Positions 28,974 through 39,482 of a stretch of DNA of 64,000 nt are shown one piece after another. Origin of the DNA: an uncultured delta proteobacterium (GTDB lineage Bacteria; Desulfobacterota; Binatia; UBA9968); assembly GCA_963737905.1 (NCBI GenBank), contig CAVTUQ010000034.1:64001-128000 (forward strand), in the 5' to 3' direction. Both the position numbers and the translations under genes were made by a program. The notes beneath the pieces are model-generated. The model saw only the letters and a program-made list of their open reading frames with translations. It was not told where the DNA came from and searched no databases. The stretch's first letter is position 1. Each line of letters opens with the position of its first letter.

Positions 28974-30557
28974 CTATTTGCTCGGCTCGAAGAAGGCGTC
29001 CTCGCGATGAACGTAACCGCTAATCGGTTCCCTGTCCTTGTCTAAAGAGCGAACCCGGAAATAGTCGCCCGTTTTACTCTGCACCTTGATACGGGTACCA
29101 GGTTCTAGCATGCCCGTGATGTTGGCATCGGAGCGCGGTTTGTCTCGGACAAAGGAGGCATCGAAAACTCTGAAGGTCCCGGGTAACGATGCTCGCTCTT
29201 TCGGTTTGGCCTTGGTGTCGGGGGGTTGAGCTTGATTGTCGGTCTTCGCTGACGTCGCGATTGGTGTTTCGCTTTTTATATTTTGGCTGTCCGCTCTAGT
29301 TGAAGCAGTTTGGGTGTCCCCGGATTCTTTCTTTGCAGGAACGATCACGCCGTCTCCATTTGGGGTGTCTACTAGAACCTCGGAAACTCGAGACGCGGCA
29401 ACTTGAAAATGAGGCCTTTGTAGTTGAGCGACTTCGTCTTGTGCGACATTATCCAGGGTCTGGGTCTGGGCGGGATTTTTCCAGCGTACACCCACAAGAC
29501 CATCGATATTGACACCCAAAGCGGCAAGGGAACCGCTTTGTTGGGAATAGAGTATAGTGCTAGCCAGGACGATCACCGCCAGCACGATTGCCACTCCCAC
29601 CCCTGTCCAGCTCCGTTTTTCGTGGAGGCCGCTCGACGATGGTTCCAGGGCCGTTGGAAGTTCTTCAACGTCCGACCGCCGACGTTTATCGTCATCGTGT
29701 GCCCGGCGGGAACTTTGCTTTCGCGCCTCTGCCACTTTGACTTGAGACGGCTCTACGAGTTGGAGGTCGCGCGCCACCTCATCGATAATCTTTGCCGAAA
29801 CTTTGCTCTGGGAGGTCGCGTAGGCGATCAGCAGGGCATTATCGCAAATCACATTGATGAGCCGGGGGATTCCCTTCGAGTACAGAGCTATTTTCTGAAC
29901 CGACCCAAGATCGAACAGCTCCTTGCCCTCATAACCGACGGTATCAAGTCTAGAGTTAATGTAAGAAGCCACCTCGTCGCTTCTCAGGGGAGCCAGCCGG
30001 CAGCGAACGGCCACCCGCTGCTTGAGTTGCCGAAGTTCCGGCTGATCGAGCTTTCGTTCCAGCTCGGGTTGACCCATCAAGACAATTTGGATCAGCTTGG
30101 CCCTGTCGGTTTCCAGATTGGAGAGCAGTCTCAGCTCTTCAAGCATCGCATCACTTAAATCCTGGGCCTCATCGACCAGCACGGAGACGACGTGGTCTTT
30201 ATGGAGTTGCTCGATCAAATAGTCATTGAGCTGCGCCATCAGTGTCAGTTTGTCACGTGCGGAGTTTACTACCCCCAGATCGTTCAAGACCAGTCGGAGC
30301 AACTCGGTGACATCGAGATGAGTGTTAAAAATAAAGGCCGTATGGACGGTGGCCTCCACAGTGCGCATGAGCCTTCTGAGCAGTGTCGTCTTGCCGGTTC
30401 CCGCCTCGCCGGTAATGACGATAAAGCCTTTGCGAGCCTCGATGCCGTAGCGCAAAGTGGCGAATGCTTCCCGATAAAGAGAGTTGGAATACGAGAAGCG
30501 AGGATCGGGAGTGACGCTAAAGGGTAGCTCTACCAATCCAAAATATTTGCCGTACAT
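28974..30557 (-). CDS. ExeA/GspA-like AAA ATPase with TM helix and C-terminal SH3b-like domain
   Basis: MYGKYFGL.ELPFSVTPDP, GEAGTGKTT, VDEAQ, GQPEL, GIPRLINVICD; C-term VRDKP...GDYFRV...SGYVH. Confidence 0.9.
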   Translation of the reverse strand: MYGKYFGLVELPFSVTPDPRFSYSNSLYREAFATLRYGIEARKGFIVITGEAGTGKTTLLRRLMRTVEATVHTAFIFNTHLDVTELLRLVLNDLGVVNSARDKLTLMAQLNDYLIEQLHKDHVVSVLVDEAQDLSDAMLEELRLLSNLETDRAKLIQIVLMGQPELERKLDQPELRQLKQRVAVRCRLAPLRSDEVASYINSRLDTVGYEGKELFDLGSVQKIALYSKGIPRLINVICDNALLIAYATSQSKVSAKIIDEVARDLQLVEPSQVKVAEARKQSSRRAHDDDKRRRSDVEELPTALEPSSSGLHEKRSWTGVGVAIVLAVIVLASTILYSQQSGSLAALGVNIDGLVGVRWKNPAQTQTLDNVAQDEVAQLQRPHFQVAASRVSEVLVDTPNGDGVIVPAKKESGDTQTASTRADSQNIKSETPIATSAKTDNQAQPPDTKAKPKERASLPGTFRVFDASFVRDKPRSDANITGMLEPGTRIKVQSKTGDYFRVRSLDKDREPISGYVHREDAFFEPSK

Positions 30558-30834
30558 ACTAGCTCATCTATCGTGGCATGAGGCCCACTGAATCACTCTA
30601 GTTGTTTGGTTTAAACAGAAAACCGTTTTAGTCAATATCACAAGAGCGACCTTAACGGAAGAGCTTTTTCAAAAGAAATTTATCGTTGTCGTGGGCTGTT
30701 TGTAATTGCGCTTCCCCCTTCTTCTAACCCGGCGTTCACCGCAATCCGATTAAGCTAAAAACCCGGTAGTCTCTCAGCTGAATGGTGTCCTTTTAGGTCG
30801 TGAACCCTGATCTAAAGGCAAGATCCGGCCCAAA

Positions 30835-32205
30835 TTATAATTCTTTCAACGTATTCTTAGCCGTGGTCCCCATGTGATCGGAAGAGTTGATGCTGCTTTT
30901 CGCTTTCATGTTGTTTGCTTCCGTTGGCGGCGCAGGCGGGTTTTCCACATTCTCGGTCTTTACACCGACGAGTCTATTCTGGTTCAGATTTAACGCCGAC
31001 AACTCTGGCACCTGGACAGCGGGCACTTGCTCCTGAGACTCTTCAGTCGCAAATCTTCTTTCGTCGGTAACACTCTCCCCGAACAGAGTCCCGGCTGGTT
31101 TGACCTGGATATGTGGGGGATTTTTCCAGCTGACGTCGACCAGGTCATCGACATTGACACCCAAAGCGGCAAGCGAACCCCTTTGTTGCGAGTAGAAGAT
31201 GGCGCCGGCCAGAACAATCACGGCCAGCCCGATAGCGATTGTCACTCCCGCCCAACTGCGCTTGTCCTGGGGGCCGCTCGACGGTGGTTTTAACCCAGCC
31301 GGAAATTTCGCAACCTCCGACTGCCAGCGTTCATTTTCATAGCCCGCCTGCCGGGAAGCAAACGTTCGGTCCTCCGTTGCTTTGACGGGAGACGGCTCTA
31401 CGAGTTGGAGGTCGCGCGCCACCTCATCGATGATCTTTGCCGAGACTTTACTCTGGGAGATCGCATAGGCGATCAGCAGAGCGTTATCACAAATCACATT
31501 GATGAGCCGGGGGATTCCCTTCGAGTACAGAGCTATTTTCTGAACCGACCCAAGATCGAACAGCTCTTTGCCCTCATAACCAACGGTCTGAAGCCTCGAA
31601 TTAATGTAAGGAGCCACCTCATCGCTTCTCAGGGGAGCCAGGCGGCAGCGAACAGCCACCCGCTGCTTGAGTTGCCGAAGTTCCGGCTGATCGAGCTTTC
31701 GCTCCAGCTCGGGTTGGCCCATCAAGACAATTTGGATCAGCTTGGCCCTGTCGGTTTCCAGATTGGAGAGTAACCTCAGCTCTTCGAGCATCTCATCACT
31801 TAAACCTTGAGCCTCATCGACCAGCAGGGAGACGATGTGGTCTTCATGGAGTTGCTCGATCAAATAATCATTGAGCTGTGCTATCAAGGTCAGCCGGTCG
31901 TTTGTAGCAGAATGGGCTACTCCGAGATCGCTCAAGACCAACCGGAGCAACTCGGTGAAAGCGAGATGTGTGTTAAAAATAAAGGCCGTATGGACGGTGG
32001 CATCCACGGTGCGCATGAGCCTTCTGAGCAAGGTTGTCTTGCCGGTTCCCGCCTCGCCGGTAATGACGATAAAGCCCTTGCGGGTCTCGATACCGTAACG
32101 CAAGGTAGCGAATGCCTCCCGATAAAGAGAGTTGGAATACGAAAAGCGAGGATCGGGTGTGACGCTAAACGGTATCTCTTCCAATCCAAAATGTTTGCCG
32201 TACAT
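30835..32205 (-). CDS. ExeA/GspA-like AAA ATPase with TM helix and low-complexity C-terminus
   Basis: Same ATPase motifs; very similar DNA to 28974-30557 over the ATPase domain. Confidence 0.88.
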   Translation of the reverse strand: MYGKHFGLEEIPFSVTPDPRFSYSNSLYREAFATLRYGIETRKGFIVITGEAGTGKTTLLRRLMRTVDATVHTAFIFNTHLAFTELLRLVLSDLGVAHSATNDRLTLIAQLNDYLIEQLHEDHIVSLLVDEAQGLSDEMLEELRLLSNLETDRAKLIQIVLMGQPELERKLDQPELRQLKQRVAVRCRLAPLRSDEVAPYINSRLQTVGYEGKELFDLGSVQKIALYSKGIPRLINVICDNALLIAYAISQSKVSAKIIDEVARDLQLVEPSPVKATEDRTFASRQAGYENERWQSEVAKFPAGLKPPSSGPQDKRSWAGVTIAIGLAVIVLAGAIFYSQQRGSLAALGVNVDDLVDVSWKNPPHIQVKPAGTLFGESVTDERRFATEESQEQVPAVQVPELSALNLNQNRLVGVKTENVENPPAPPTEANNMKAKSSINSSDHMGTTAKNTLKEL

Positions 32206-32351
32206 ATTCGTCTATTGCTTAGGAGTAACTTGTTCTAACCACCCTATCGGACCGGCTGGCGCCGGCCTGTCGTGTTGCCCTATTTGCATTGGTTAACCGT
32301 ACGTGACCCTTCAGTCACGTCGATCCTGTTAACCACTGCTATTCGACTGCT

Positions 32352-34007
32352 TCAACCACCCCTATCATGATCTTCCGGGCGAAGCGAGTTGACGATTATC
32401 TGATCGCGCACTTCCTTAACGCCGGGGACGCTACGCGCGGCCTGCGCTGCTGCAAGCTTTTGTCGTTCGGTAGCAACTCGACCGGCAAGGTAAACTGTGC
32501 CGTCTCGAACGGACACTTCGACGCCTCTTATCGCACGATTGTAGATCGCCTTGTATATTTCGAATTCCAATTGTTCTCCCGTGGGCGTCACATTATCAGG
32601 GACTTTTAAGGGTCGATCCTTGGGAGCGGGGTTTATGGGGATCGGAGGCGGTAGTTTTTGGCTCTTCGTAGTCTGGCTGGGTGTTATAGTTTCAGGAATG
32701 ACGCTTTCGTCGGGTTTCGCCGCTTGTGGGAGAGCGGCACTGTTCTGATTCGGCTCCGGCTCTGGTGGTTCTGACGCTCGTGGCTCCGGGACTTCTTGCA
32801 GGTTAGGGGTTTTGTAGGAAGGCGTTTCTTTGAGAGCTTCCGTACTCAGCTCGGGACGAGCCGGCTCCGGATTTTCCTGTAAACCGACGAGATCTTTGAT
32901 GCCGACACCGGCAAGATTTTTGAACTGAGTATCCAAAGCGGCGAGGGATCCGGTATGTTGAGCGTGGAGCGCGATCCCAGCACCGGCCAGGATGCCCACG
33001 CCTAACAAAACACCCATTCCTAGCGCCCCAAAGCTTCTGTTGCGGGGTGGGGTGTACATGCCGCGTCTGCTGGGCTCAAAATCGGCTCGCCACGGCTCGT
33101 CCATCTCATCTGTTCTTGCCTGCGTGGGCGGGAGCACTCCTTTAAGATCTTCGCGGACCTTGAAGTCCGTCGTTGCCCGTTCCGCTTTGACCTGAGGTCG
33201 CCCAGTGAGTTTGAGATCATGCGCAACCTCATCAATCATCTCGGCAGAGACTTGGTTTTTTGAAGCAGCGGAGGCGATGACTAGAGCATTGTCGCAGACC
33301 ACATTGACGAGTCGCGGAATGCCGTTCGAATAGTGGACAATTTTCTGCACCGCTTCGGGGACAAAGAGCTCTTTGCCTTCGTAGCCGGCGGTTTTAACTC
33401 GGGAAGCGATATAAAGGCCCACCTCGTGCTCAGTTAGCGGCAAAAGCCGGCAGCGAAGGGTCACGCGCTGCTTAAGCTGGCGGAGCTCGGGTTGATCGAG
33501 TTTGCTTTCGAGTTCTGGTTGGCCCATTAAGACGATTTGGATGAGCTTTGCTTGATCGGTTTCCAGATTGGAGAGCAGTCTGAGCTCTTCGAGTAATTCA
33601 TCGCTCAAAGCTTGAGCCTCATCCACCAGCAGAGCGACGGTCTGTCCTTTCTTGAGCTGCTCGATCAAGTGATTATTCAACTGCTCTGTCAGCGTTAGCC
33701 TATCTTTTGCGGAGCTAGTTACTCCCAGATCGCTTAAAATGAATCGAAGTAGTGCGGTAAAGGTAAGCCGGGGGTTGAACACAAAAGCCGTATGGATGGC
33801 GGAATCCAGGTTGTGCATAAGCATTCTTAACAGAGTGGTTTTACCCGTTCCTGCCTCACCGGTGATGATGACGAAGCCCTTTCGCGCTTCGATCCCGTAA
33901 TGGAGAGTAACCAGCGCCTCTCGGTAAACAGGATTGGAGTAGAAAAAACGAGGATCCGGACTGACGCTAAAGGGCAGCTCTGCAAAGCCAAAGTGGTTCT
34001 CGTACAT
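32352..34007 (-). CDS. ExeA/GspA-like AAA ATPase with TM helix, Pro-rich linker and C-terminal BON domain
   Basis: Same ATPase motifs; C-term VEVSVRDGTVYLAGRV...AAAQAARSVPGVKEVRDQIIV. Confidence 0.9.
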   Translation of the reverse strand: MYENHFGFAELPFSVSPDPRFFYSNPVYREALVTLHYGIEARKGFVIITGEAGTGKTTLLRMLMHNLDSAIHTAFVFNPRLTFTALLRFILSDLGVTSSAKDRLTLTEQLNNHLIEQLKKGQTVALLVDEAQALSDELLEELRLLSNLETDQAKLIQIVLMGQPELESKLDQPELRQLKQRVTLRCRLLPLTEHEVGLYIASRVKTAGYEGKELFVPEAVQKIVHYSNGIPRLVNVVCDNALVIASAASKNQVSAEMIDEVAHDLKLTGRPQVKAERATTDFKVREDLKGVLPPTQARTDEMDEPWRADFEPSRRGMYTPPRNRSFGALGMGVLLGVGILAGAGIALHAQHTGSLAALDTQFKNLAGVGIKDLVGLQENPEPARPELSTEALKETPSYKTPNLQEVPEPRASEPPEPEPNQNSAALPQAAKPDESVIPETITPSQTTKSQKLPPPIPINPAPKDRPLKVPDNVTPTGEQLEFEIYKAIYNRAIRGVEVSVRDGTVYLAGRVATERQKLAAAQAARSVPGVKEVRDQIIVNSLRPEDHDRGG

Positions 34008-34186
34008 ATCTCATTTACCGCGGTTAGGCTTGGCTGTTGAATTCTGCACGCGTTCGAGGAGGGTAGAGCCTACCTCGCGACTTTGCGTCTTGCAAGCACA
34101 AGCCCGGGATGAAAGTCATTCTTATTTTGGGGGTGGCGTCCGCGGATCTGTCGAGCACTTACTACAAAACTCCGAACAACCAGTGG

Positions 34187-34202
34187 AGCAAGACATGTGC
34201 CA
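34187..34202 (-). promoter_or_regulatory. Sigma-54 (-24/-12) promoter for the ExeA-like cluster
   Basis: Reverse complement reads TGGCAC-ATGTC-TTGCT, exact consensus, 180 bp upstream of the 34007 ATG. Confidence 0.72.
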
Positions 34203-34455
34203 CCAATTCGTCAAGGATAACTTGTCTAGATTCCAGGAATTTTCATTCTGCGTGCGGAAAAATGACGAAAAGCTTGTAGGGATACTCCTGCGGTGGCGAA
34301 GAAAAACAGCTTATAGACGGAGAATCAAGCAGCGGTGCTGAGTCGCGGGTTGAATTAATCAAGCAGAAATCCCGTGTATAGCTGGACGACACTTCTTGAC
34401 GCGTGATATACGCAGACATCGTTGTCATCGCTTTGTTTTAGGACATCGCGAAAAC

Positions 34456-35811
34456 ATGTCCCTTGCATCTCCGGAGTTAGCTCTGCGATCACCGACAGCC
34501 AAAGAGGAAGAGACCCAAGTGCAAAAGAGCGGTGCCGCCCGGTCGGAGACGGAGCAGCCTTATTGGCGTCCTTTCGGCGCCTTGCTCCAACTTCGCGCTG
34601 TTGAAGCGCTTGGCCACCGCGAATTCCGTTTGCTCTGGCTGGGGCATTCCTTCACGTCCATGGCGTTCTGGATGGATCAAGTCGCTCGCGGTTGGCTCAT
34701 TTACGAGCTAACGGATTCGGCTCTCCAACTTGGTTTGGTGCGCGGCGTTCAAGCCATTCCCACTCTCTTTTTGTCGCCAGTGGCCGGGAGCACCGCCGAT
34801 CGCTATTCACGCAAGGCGCAGATACTGGTGGCTCAAGTCATCGACGGGTTGATGTTGGCCGCTCTGGCGCTGCTCATCATCACCGGCCAGATTCAACCCT
34901 GGCATGTGTATGCGACCGCCTTCGGCATGGCGGTGGTCCAGACTTTTCAGCAACCGGCCCGCGCGGCGATGATCGCCGATCTTGTGCCGTCCAGCCACTT
35001 GACCAACGCGATTGGTCTCAACTCGATCATCTTTAACGTGGCGCGGAGCACCGGCCCCGCACTGGCGGGTGTGCTCATCGCGACGTTCGGTACCGGCGGC
35101 TCCTATGCGACCCAGGCGGTGTTTTATCTGTTGGCGACAATCTGGACAGTACAACTTCATCCTGCGGAGCGATCTTCTGCCGGTTCTCGTGATGACTCCG
35201 CGCATGGCGCTTCCCTCGGCCGGAGTATCATCGAAGGATGGAAATTCAGTTGGAAGAACGAGGCCATCCGCACCAGCCTCCTCGTCGTGATGTTTGCGTC
35301 ATTATTCATCGTGCCCTTTACAACTCTTTTACCGGTATTTGCGCGCGACATCCTCGACGTCGGGGCTACGGGGCAGGGGCTGCTTCTGACTGCTATGGGC
35401 GTGGGCGCGCTCGGTAGCGCGATTATCATTGCGTTCTTTGGCGATCGGATGCCCAGGGGGATTTTCATGTTGGGAGGTGTGGCGTTGTACGGGCTCAGTG
35501 TCGTGGCCTTCGCGGCGTCGCCCTGGTGGCATTTGTCCATGGCATTGATGGTGATTGTAGGTTTCGCCAACGTTTGTTCCCACGCGCTCGTGCAAACGGT
35601 CATTCAAACCTACTCACCTTCTGAATTCCGTGGGCGAACCATGGCCATCTTTCATATGAGCAACGTGGTGATGACGTTGGGCAGCATGTTCATCGGCGCT
35701 CTGGCGGGAATCTGTGGGGCGTCGTGGGCGGTGATATTGATGGGTCTGGCGGGTACCCTGGCCATATTTGCGATCCACGTCATCCTTCCCGGCGCGCGGC
35801 ATATCCGGTAG
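34456..35811 (+). CDS. MFS transporter
   Basis: FRLLWLG, GSTADRYSRK motif A, FQQPARAAMI, about 12 TMs. Confidence 0.92.
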   Translation: MSLASPELALRSPTAKEEETQVQKSGAARSETEQPYWRPFGALLQLRAVEALGHREFRLLWLGHSFTSMAFWMDQVARGWLIYELTDSALQLGLVRGVQAIPTLFLSPVAGSTADRYSRKAQILVAQVIDGLMLAALALLIITGQIQPWHVYATAFGMAVVQTFQQPARAAMIADLVPSSHLTNAIGLNSIIFNVARSTGPALAGVLIATFGTGGSYATQAVFYLLATIWTVQLHPAERSSAGSRDDSAHGASLGRSIIEGWKFSWKNEAIRTSLLVVMFASLFIVPFTTLLPVFARDILDVGATGQGLLLTAMGVGALGSAIIIAFFGDRMPRGIFMLGGVALYGLSVVAFAASPWWHLSMALMVIVGFANVCSHALVQTVIQTYSPSEFRGRTMAIFHMSNVVMTLGSMFIGALAGICGASWAVILMGLAGTLAIFAIHVILPGARHIR

Positions 35812-35852
35812 CGAGTCGTGTGTTTCATAACTCACCCACGGACGTGAGCCGA

Positions 35853-36565
35853 TCAGGGCCGGGACGCCAGGAACTCATCGATGGCTCGATTAACTTCCTC
35901 GGGCCTCTCTGCGAAAGGAAAGTGCCCGGTATCTTTGAGCTTCAGGTATTGCGAGCCGGCGACGGCCTGATGGATCTCCAGTTCATACTCTGAGATGGGT
36001 TAGGATCGTCCGCTCCGCGGATCAGAAGCAGTGGCGGTTTGAGAGTATGAATTCGCTCTCGCACATCGAAGTGATCCAGAACCACGAAATCACGGTACTG
36101 CGACAGCGGCCCCACCTTGCGATGGCATTCGATGAGATGTTCGCCCAACGCGGGCGTCATAAACAAAAATTGGTGCCGCATGGTTTCCAGCCATTGACGG
36201 TAGGTTTCAGGATTTTCCGCCGCCTTCAGACGAAACTCTAGAGTGCCGGGCCGTCGTTCCCTGGGTCGCATTCCTGTAGTCATCAATACCAGTGCTTTGA
36301 CCTCATCGGGATAGTCCAGGCCATACTGGAGTGCGATAGAGCCTCCCAAGGTGAAGCCGACCAGCACCAGGTCTCTCTGCTTACCTTTAGACCACAACCA
36401 TCCTCTTAACCATTCAGTATATCGTTCCACGTTGGGACAGGGGGTTCCGTCCGGGTGGCCAGGCAGTGTCGGCGCGAGGCTGCCTGGATAATATTTGAGC
36501 TGATGGACGAATGAATCGGCGCACCCTCCCGCGCCGGGCCCATGAACAAAAACCATTTGATTCAT
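35853..36565 (-). CDS. Alpha/beta hydrolase, frameshifted near 35995
   Basis: VFVHG, GFTLGG, LLLIRGADD; second frame gives EIHQAVAGSQYLKLKDTGHFPFAERPEEVNRAIDEFLASRP*. Confidence 0.82.
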
Positions 36566-36705
36566 ACGCTACCTCTCACGAACTCTAAGAATCGAAAATC
36601 GAGACTAAAACCAGGCGGCGTAAATGTCCAACACGAAAATCATTGACAGCAGGCTCTATAGGTATGTAACGTCACCGGAGAATCGTTGCTCCGCTGCCCT
36701 GCCTT

Positions 36706-37767
36706 ATGGATGCGAGCAGTAAGTCAGAGTATGCGCGATCACTGGAGAGCACCAACGTGAAAACAAATTCCCCAAGCGGACTCTTGATCTTTGCTTGCTT
36801 GATACTTTTTACGCCGTTCATTGGTCATACGGCCTCCGTAAAGACCAACTTTGCCGGGGCGATGACGAGCGACAGCATCACCGCGGTTTGGGTCGCCAAG
36901 GAGCAGGGTATTTTCCAAAAGCATGGGCTCGATCTGCAGTACGTCGTTATGCCCAACGGGACCTTGACGATCGCGGCGCTGCTCTCGGGCGAGATCGACA
37001 TGGGTTTGGGCGGCCCCGGACATATCCTCGATGCCGCCGTCAGTGGGGCCGACGTCATCTGCGTCGCCAATTTTTTTCAGAAGCTCGACTATACGTTGAC
37101 CGCCAGGCCTGAAGTCAAAAAGCCGGAGGATCTCAGGGGCAAGAAGATAACTACTAGCGGGCCCGGCTCTAGTTCGCATATGGTAACGCTACTTGCGTTG
37201 CAAAGTTTAAACTTGGAGCCAAAGCAGGCGAAGATCAACCTGGTTACTATTCCCGGCACGGAGATCAACCGCCGGCTGGCTCTGGAATCCGGCGCCGTCG
37301 ACGCCACGGCGCTTAGAGGCGCCATTGGCGACTTGTACAGTCAAAAAGGTTATCCCGCGCTGTTCAATTTTAGAGGCTCGGGCGTCACCATGCCGCAAAC
37401 GCTGGTCTTAACGACGCGCCGCACGGCTGCCAATAAGCCGCAGCTTGTCGAGGCCTATCTGAAGGCGCTTATCGAAGGAATTGCGTTTGTCGTCGAGCCG
37501 GCAAACAAGGAAATCGTGGGCCGCATCTTGGCTTCTAAATTGCGCCTGAGCAACCCGGCTGACGTTGAGAAGGTCTACCAATCAGTGTCCAGTTCGTACG
37601 AGCGGGTTCCTTATCCCAACCTGGACGGGATGAAAAAGTTGCATAGTATACTGACTTCGACCAATCCCAAATTAGCGACCGTGCGCCCGGAAACAGTCAT
37701 GGACGCAAGCTTCATCAGCAAGCTCGAAAGCTCAGGCTTTATTCAGAGCGTTTATAAAAAGCGTTGA
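36706..37767 (+). CDS. ABC transporter substrate-binding protein (NMT1/SsuA/TauA-like)
   Basis: VAKEQGIFQKHGLD, ALLSGEID, DLRGKKI, ALESGAVDA. Confidence 0.88.
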   Translation: MDASSKSEYARSLESTNVKTNSPSGLLIFACLILFTPFIGHTASVKTNFAGAMTSDSITAVWVAKEQGIFQKHGLDLQYVVMPNGTLTIAALLSGEIDMGLGGPGHILDAAVSGADVICVANFFQKLDYTLTARPEVKKPEDLRGKKITTSGPGSSSHMVTLLALQSLNLEPKQAKINLVTIPGTEINRRLALESGAVDATALRGAIGDLYSQKGYPALFNFRGSGVTMPQTLVLTTRRTAANKPQLVEAYLKALIEGIAFVVEPANKEIVGRILASKLRLSNPADVEKVYQSVSSSYERVPYPNLDGMKKLHSILTSTNPKLATVRPETVMDASFISKLESSGFIQSVYKKR

Positions 37768-37844
37768 GCGTTCCTTTCAGGAGAGCCGGTCAAGAACAAT
37801 AGACATTTTTTCTAGCGAACGACGCCGTGCGAGCAACGCCATAC

Positions 37845-37874
37845 AAAAAAAGGGCCGGCAAACAGCCGGCCCTT
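37845..37874 (-). terminator. Rho-independent terminator
   Basis: AAGGGCCGGC-aaaca-GCCGGCCCTT stem with a T tract on the - strand. Confidence 0.8.
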
Positions 37875-37892
37875 GTCCTTGCTAAGCGCACG

Positions 37893-39340
37893 CTACCGCC
37901 GATCCCGGTCGTCGTCTTTCTTCTCCTTGTCGACATCATGGACGTAGACACCGACACACCCGTTGTTGCTGCCGCAAATCCCCGCGCCCACGGCAGTAGT
38001 GTCACCGCCGACGACTACTCGCGACAGGCGCTGACTGCGGAACGAAGATGAGGTTGCGCTTGGAGTCCGCCGCCACCGAGTGCGAGCCGGAAGATTGCGG
38101 GATTGTCTCGATCAGCACACTGGTCCCGTCGATGACGCCGAGCACGGCCGCCTGGTCGGCCGCGGTCGGGACAGGGGGCTCCGGGTGTTTTGCAATTCCT
38201 GTTGGAGGCCGTGTAGTAGCGCCTATCGCCCTCGTTGAACCAGACCTCATCGGAGCCGACGATGTTGCCGATGTTCGCAAAGTTCTTGGTTTTCGCGTTG
38301 ATCACGAGCGTGGTCACATCGCTGGGATTGTTGGCCGGAGTGCAGCCCAACAACAGATTGTCATGTAGTCCGACGGTGGCGCCGTTCGGGCCGCACGCGT
38401 GCAGCGGCACGACGCCGGTGTTAGTGGCCGGGTCGAACGGGCCGAGCACTGCGTTTGGCACTGGGACGGTCATTGGATCGATCACAGCCAGCCCGCCATC
38501 GCAGGTAATGGGACCTGCACCCGCGTCGAAATTGCAGCCTTTCGGATTGTTGGCGATGATCGGGACCGACACGTAAAAGCGCTCGGTCTTGGGATCCCAT
38601 GCCGGCTGTTCCATCGCCAAGCCGACGCCTTCCGGCACGATTGTGGGGTCAATAGTGATCTGGGTGATTATTCTGACGTTACTGAAAGGCCGGTCGCCGT
38701 TCGCCATGAACAGGGTCGCGAATGGCGGGTCCTCTGCGTTGTTCGCGGTGAGCAGCAATTCGCCGTCCGTCGTCAACGCCATTTCGTCGACCCGCGTCGT
38801 GCCCCCCGTGCTGATGCTCTGTTTGATGGCGGACGCGTTAGGCGCATCGAGATCGATCACCTTGAGTGTGCTGTCGCCGTCACCGGCGTAGAGCCACCTG
38901 CCGTGCGACGTGACGCCATCGGGTCCGGAGATATTATTGTTCACGGCGCCGTTGGCGTTCAACTTGGCGCCGACGAAACCGGGGATGGTCCTCTTGAAGG
39001 TGAGGTTGCGGGTGTTAATGACGTCGATGCCCGCGTTCGAGCGATCGGCCAGGTAGTACTCAGCGCGATCCGGATTGACCCAGCTGATGTCGTACGACTG
39101 CAGCGGGTTGCCCGGGATTTGAACCGCGGTCAGGCATTTGGTCTGCGTGTTGGTCGGCGCACCTGGGCCGGTGCACGCGGCGAGTGCTGCGCCGGATGTC
39201 GCGAGCGACACGGCCCCGAACAGTGCCGAGGCCGCGACGAGCACGGCGAGTCGAGTACCCCGTGGTGCAAATTTCGGGCGACCTTCAATTTCTGCGTGGA
39301 GTGAATCCTGTGAAGAGCCAGAAGAATATATTACAAACAT
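37893..39340 (-). CDS. Secreted Cys-rich beta-propeller (YncE/YVTN-like) protein, two frameshifts near 38170 and 38020
   Basis: Signal peptide, DISW, YYLADRSN, GPDG, RVDE, EQP, GSDEVW, SHSVAA; corrected C-term ...GAGICGSNNGCVGVYVHDVDKEKKDDDRDRR*. Confidence 0.78.
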
Positions 39341-39439
39341 TCGTTGCCTCCTTTTAGTTGCGATGTATAAAAAAATCTGAATCGATGGTTTACAGCCACT
39401 AACCCTCTTAAGTCCACTTGCGATTTAAACGGGAAGGTG

Positions 39440-39478
39440 ACGGAGGCCCCGGTGGCATTTGCCAGCCGGGGCTTCCGT
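39440..39478. terminator. Strong intergenic hairpin
   Basis: ACGGAGGCCCCGG-TGGCATTTGCCA-G-CCGGGGCTTCCGT right after the stop of 39483-41012. Confidence 0.6.
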
Positions 39479-39482
39479 GAAG

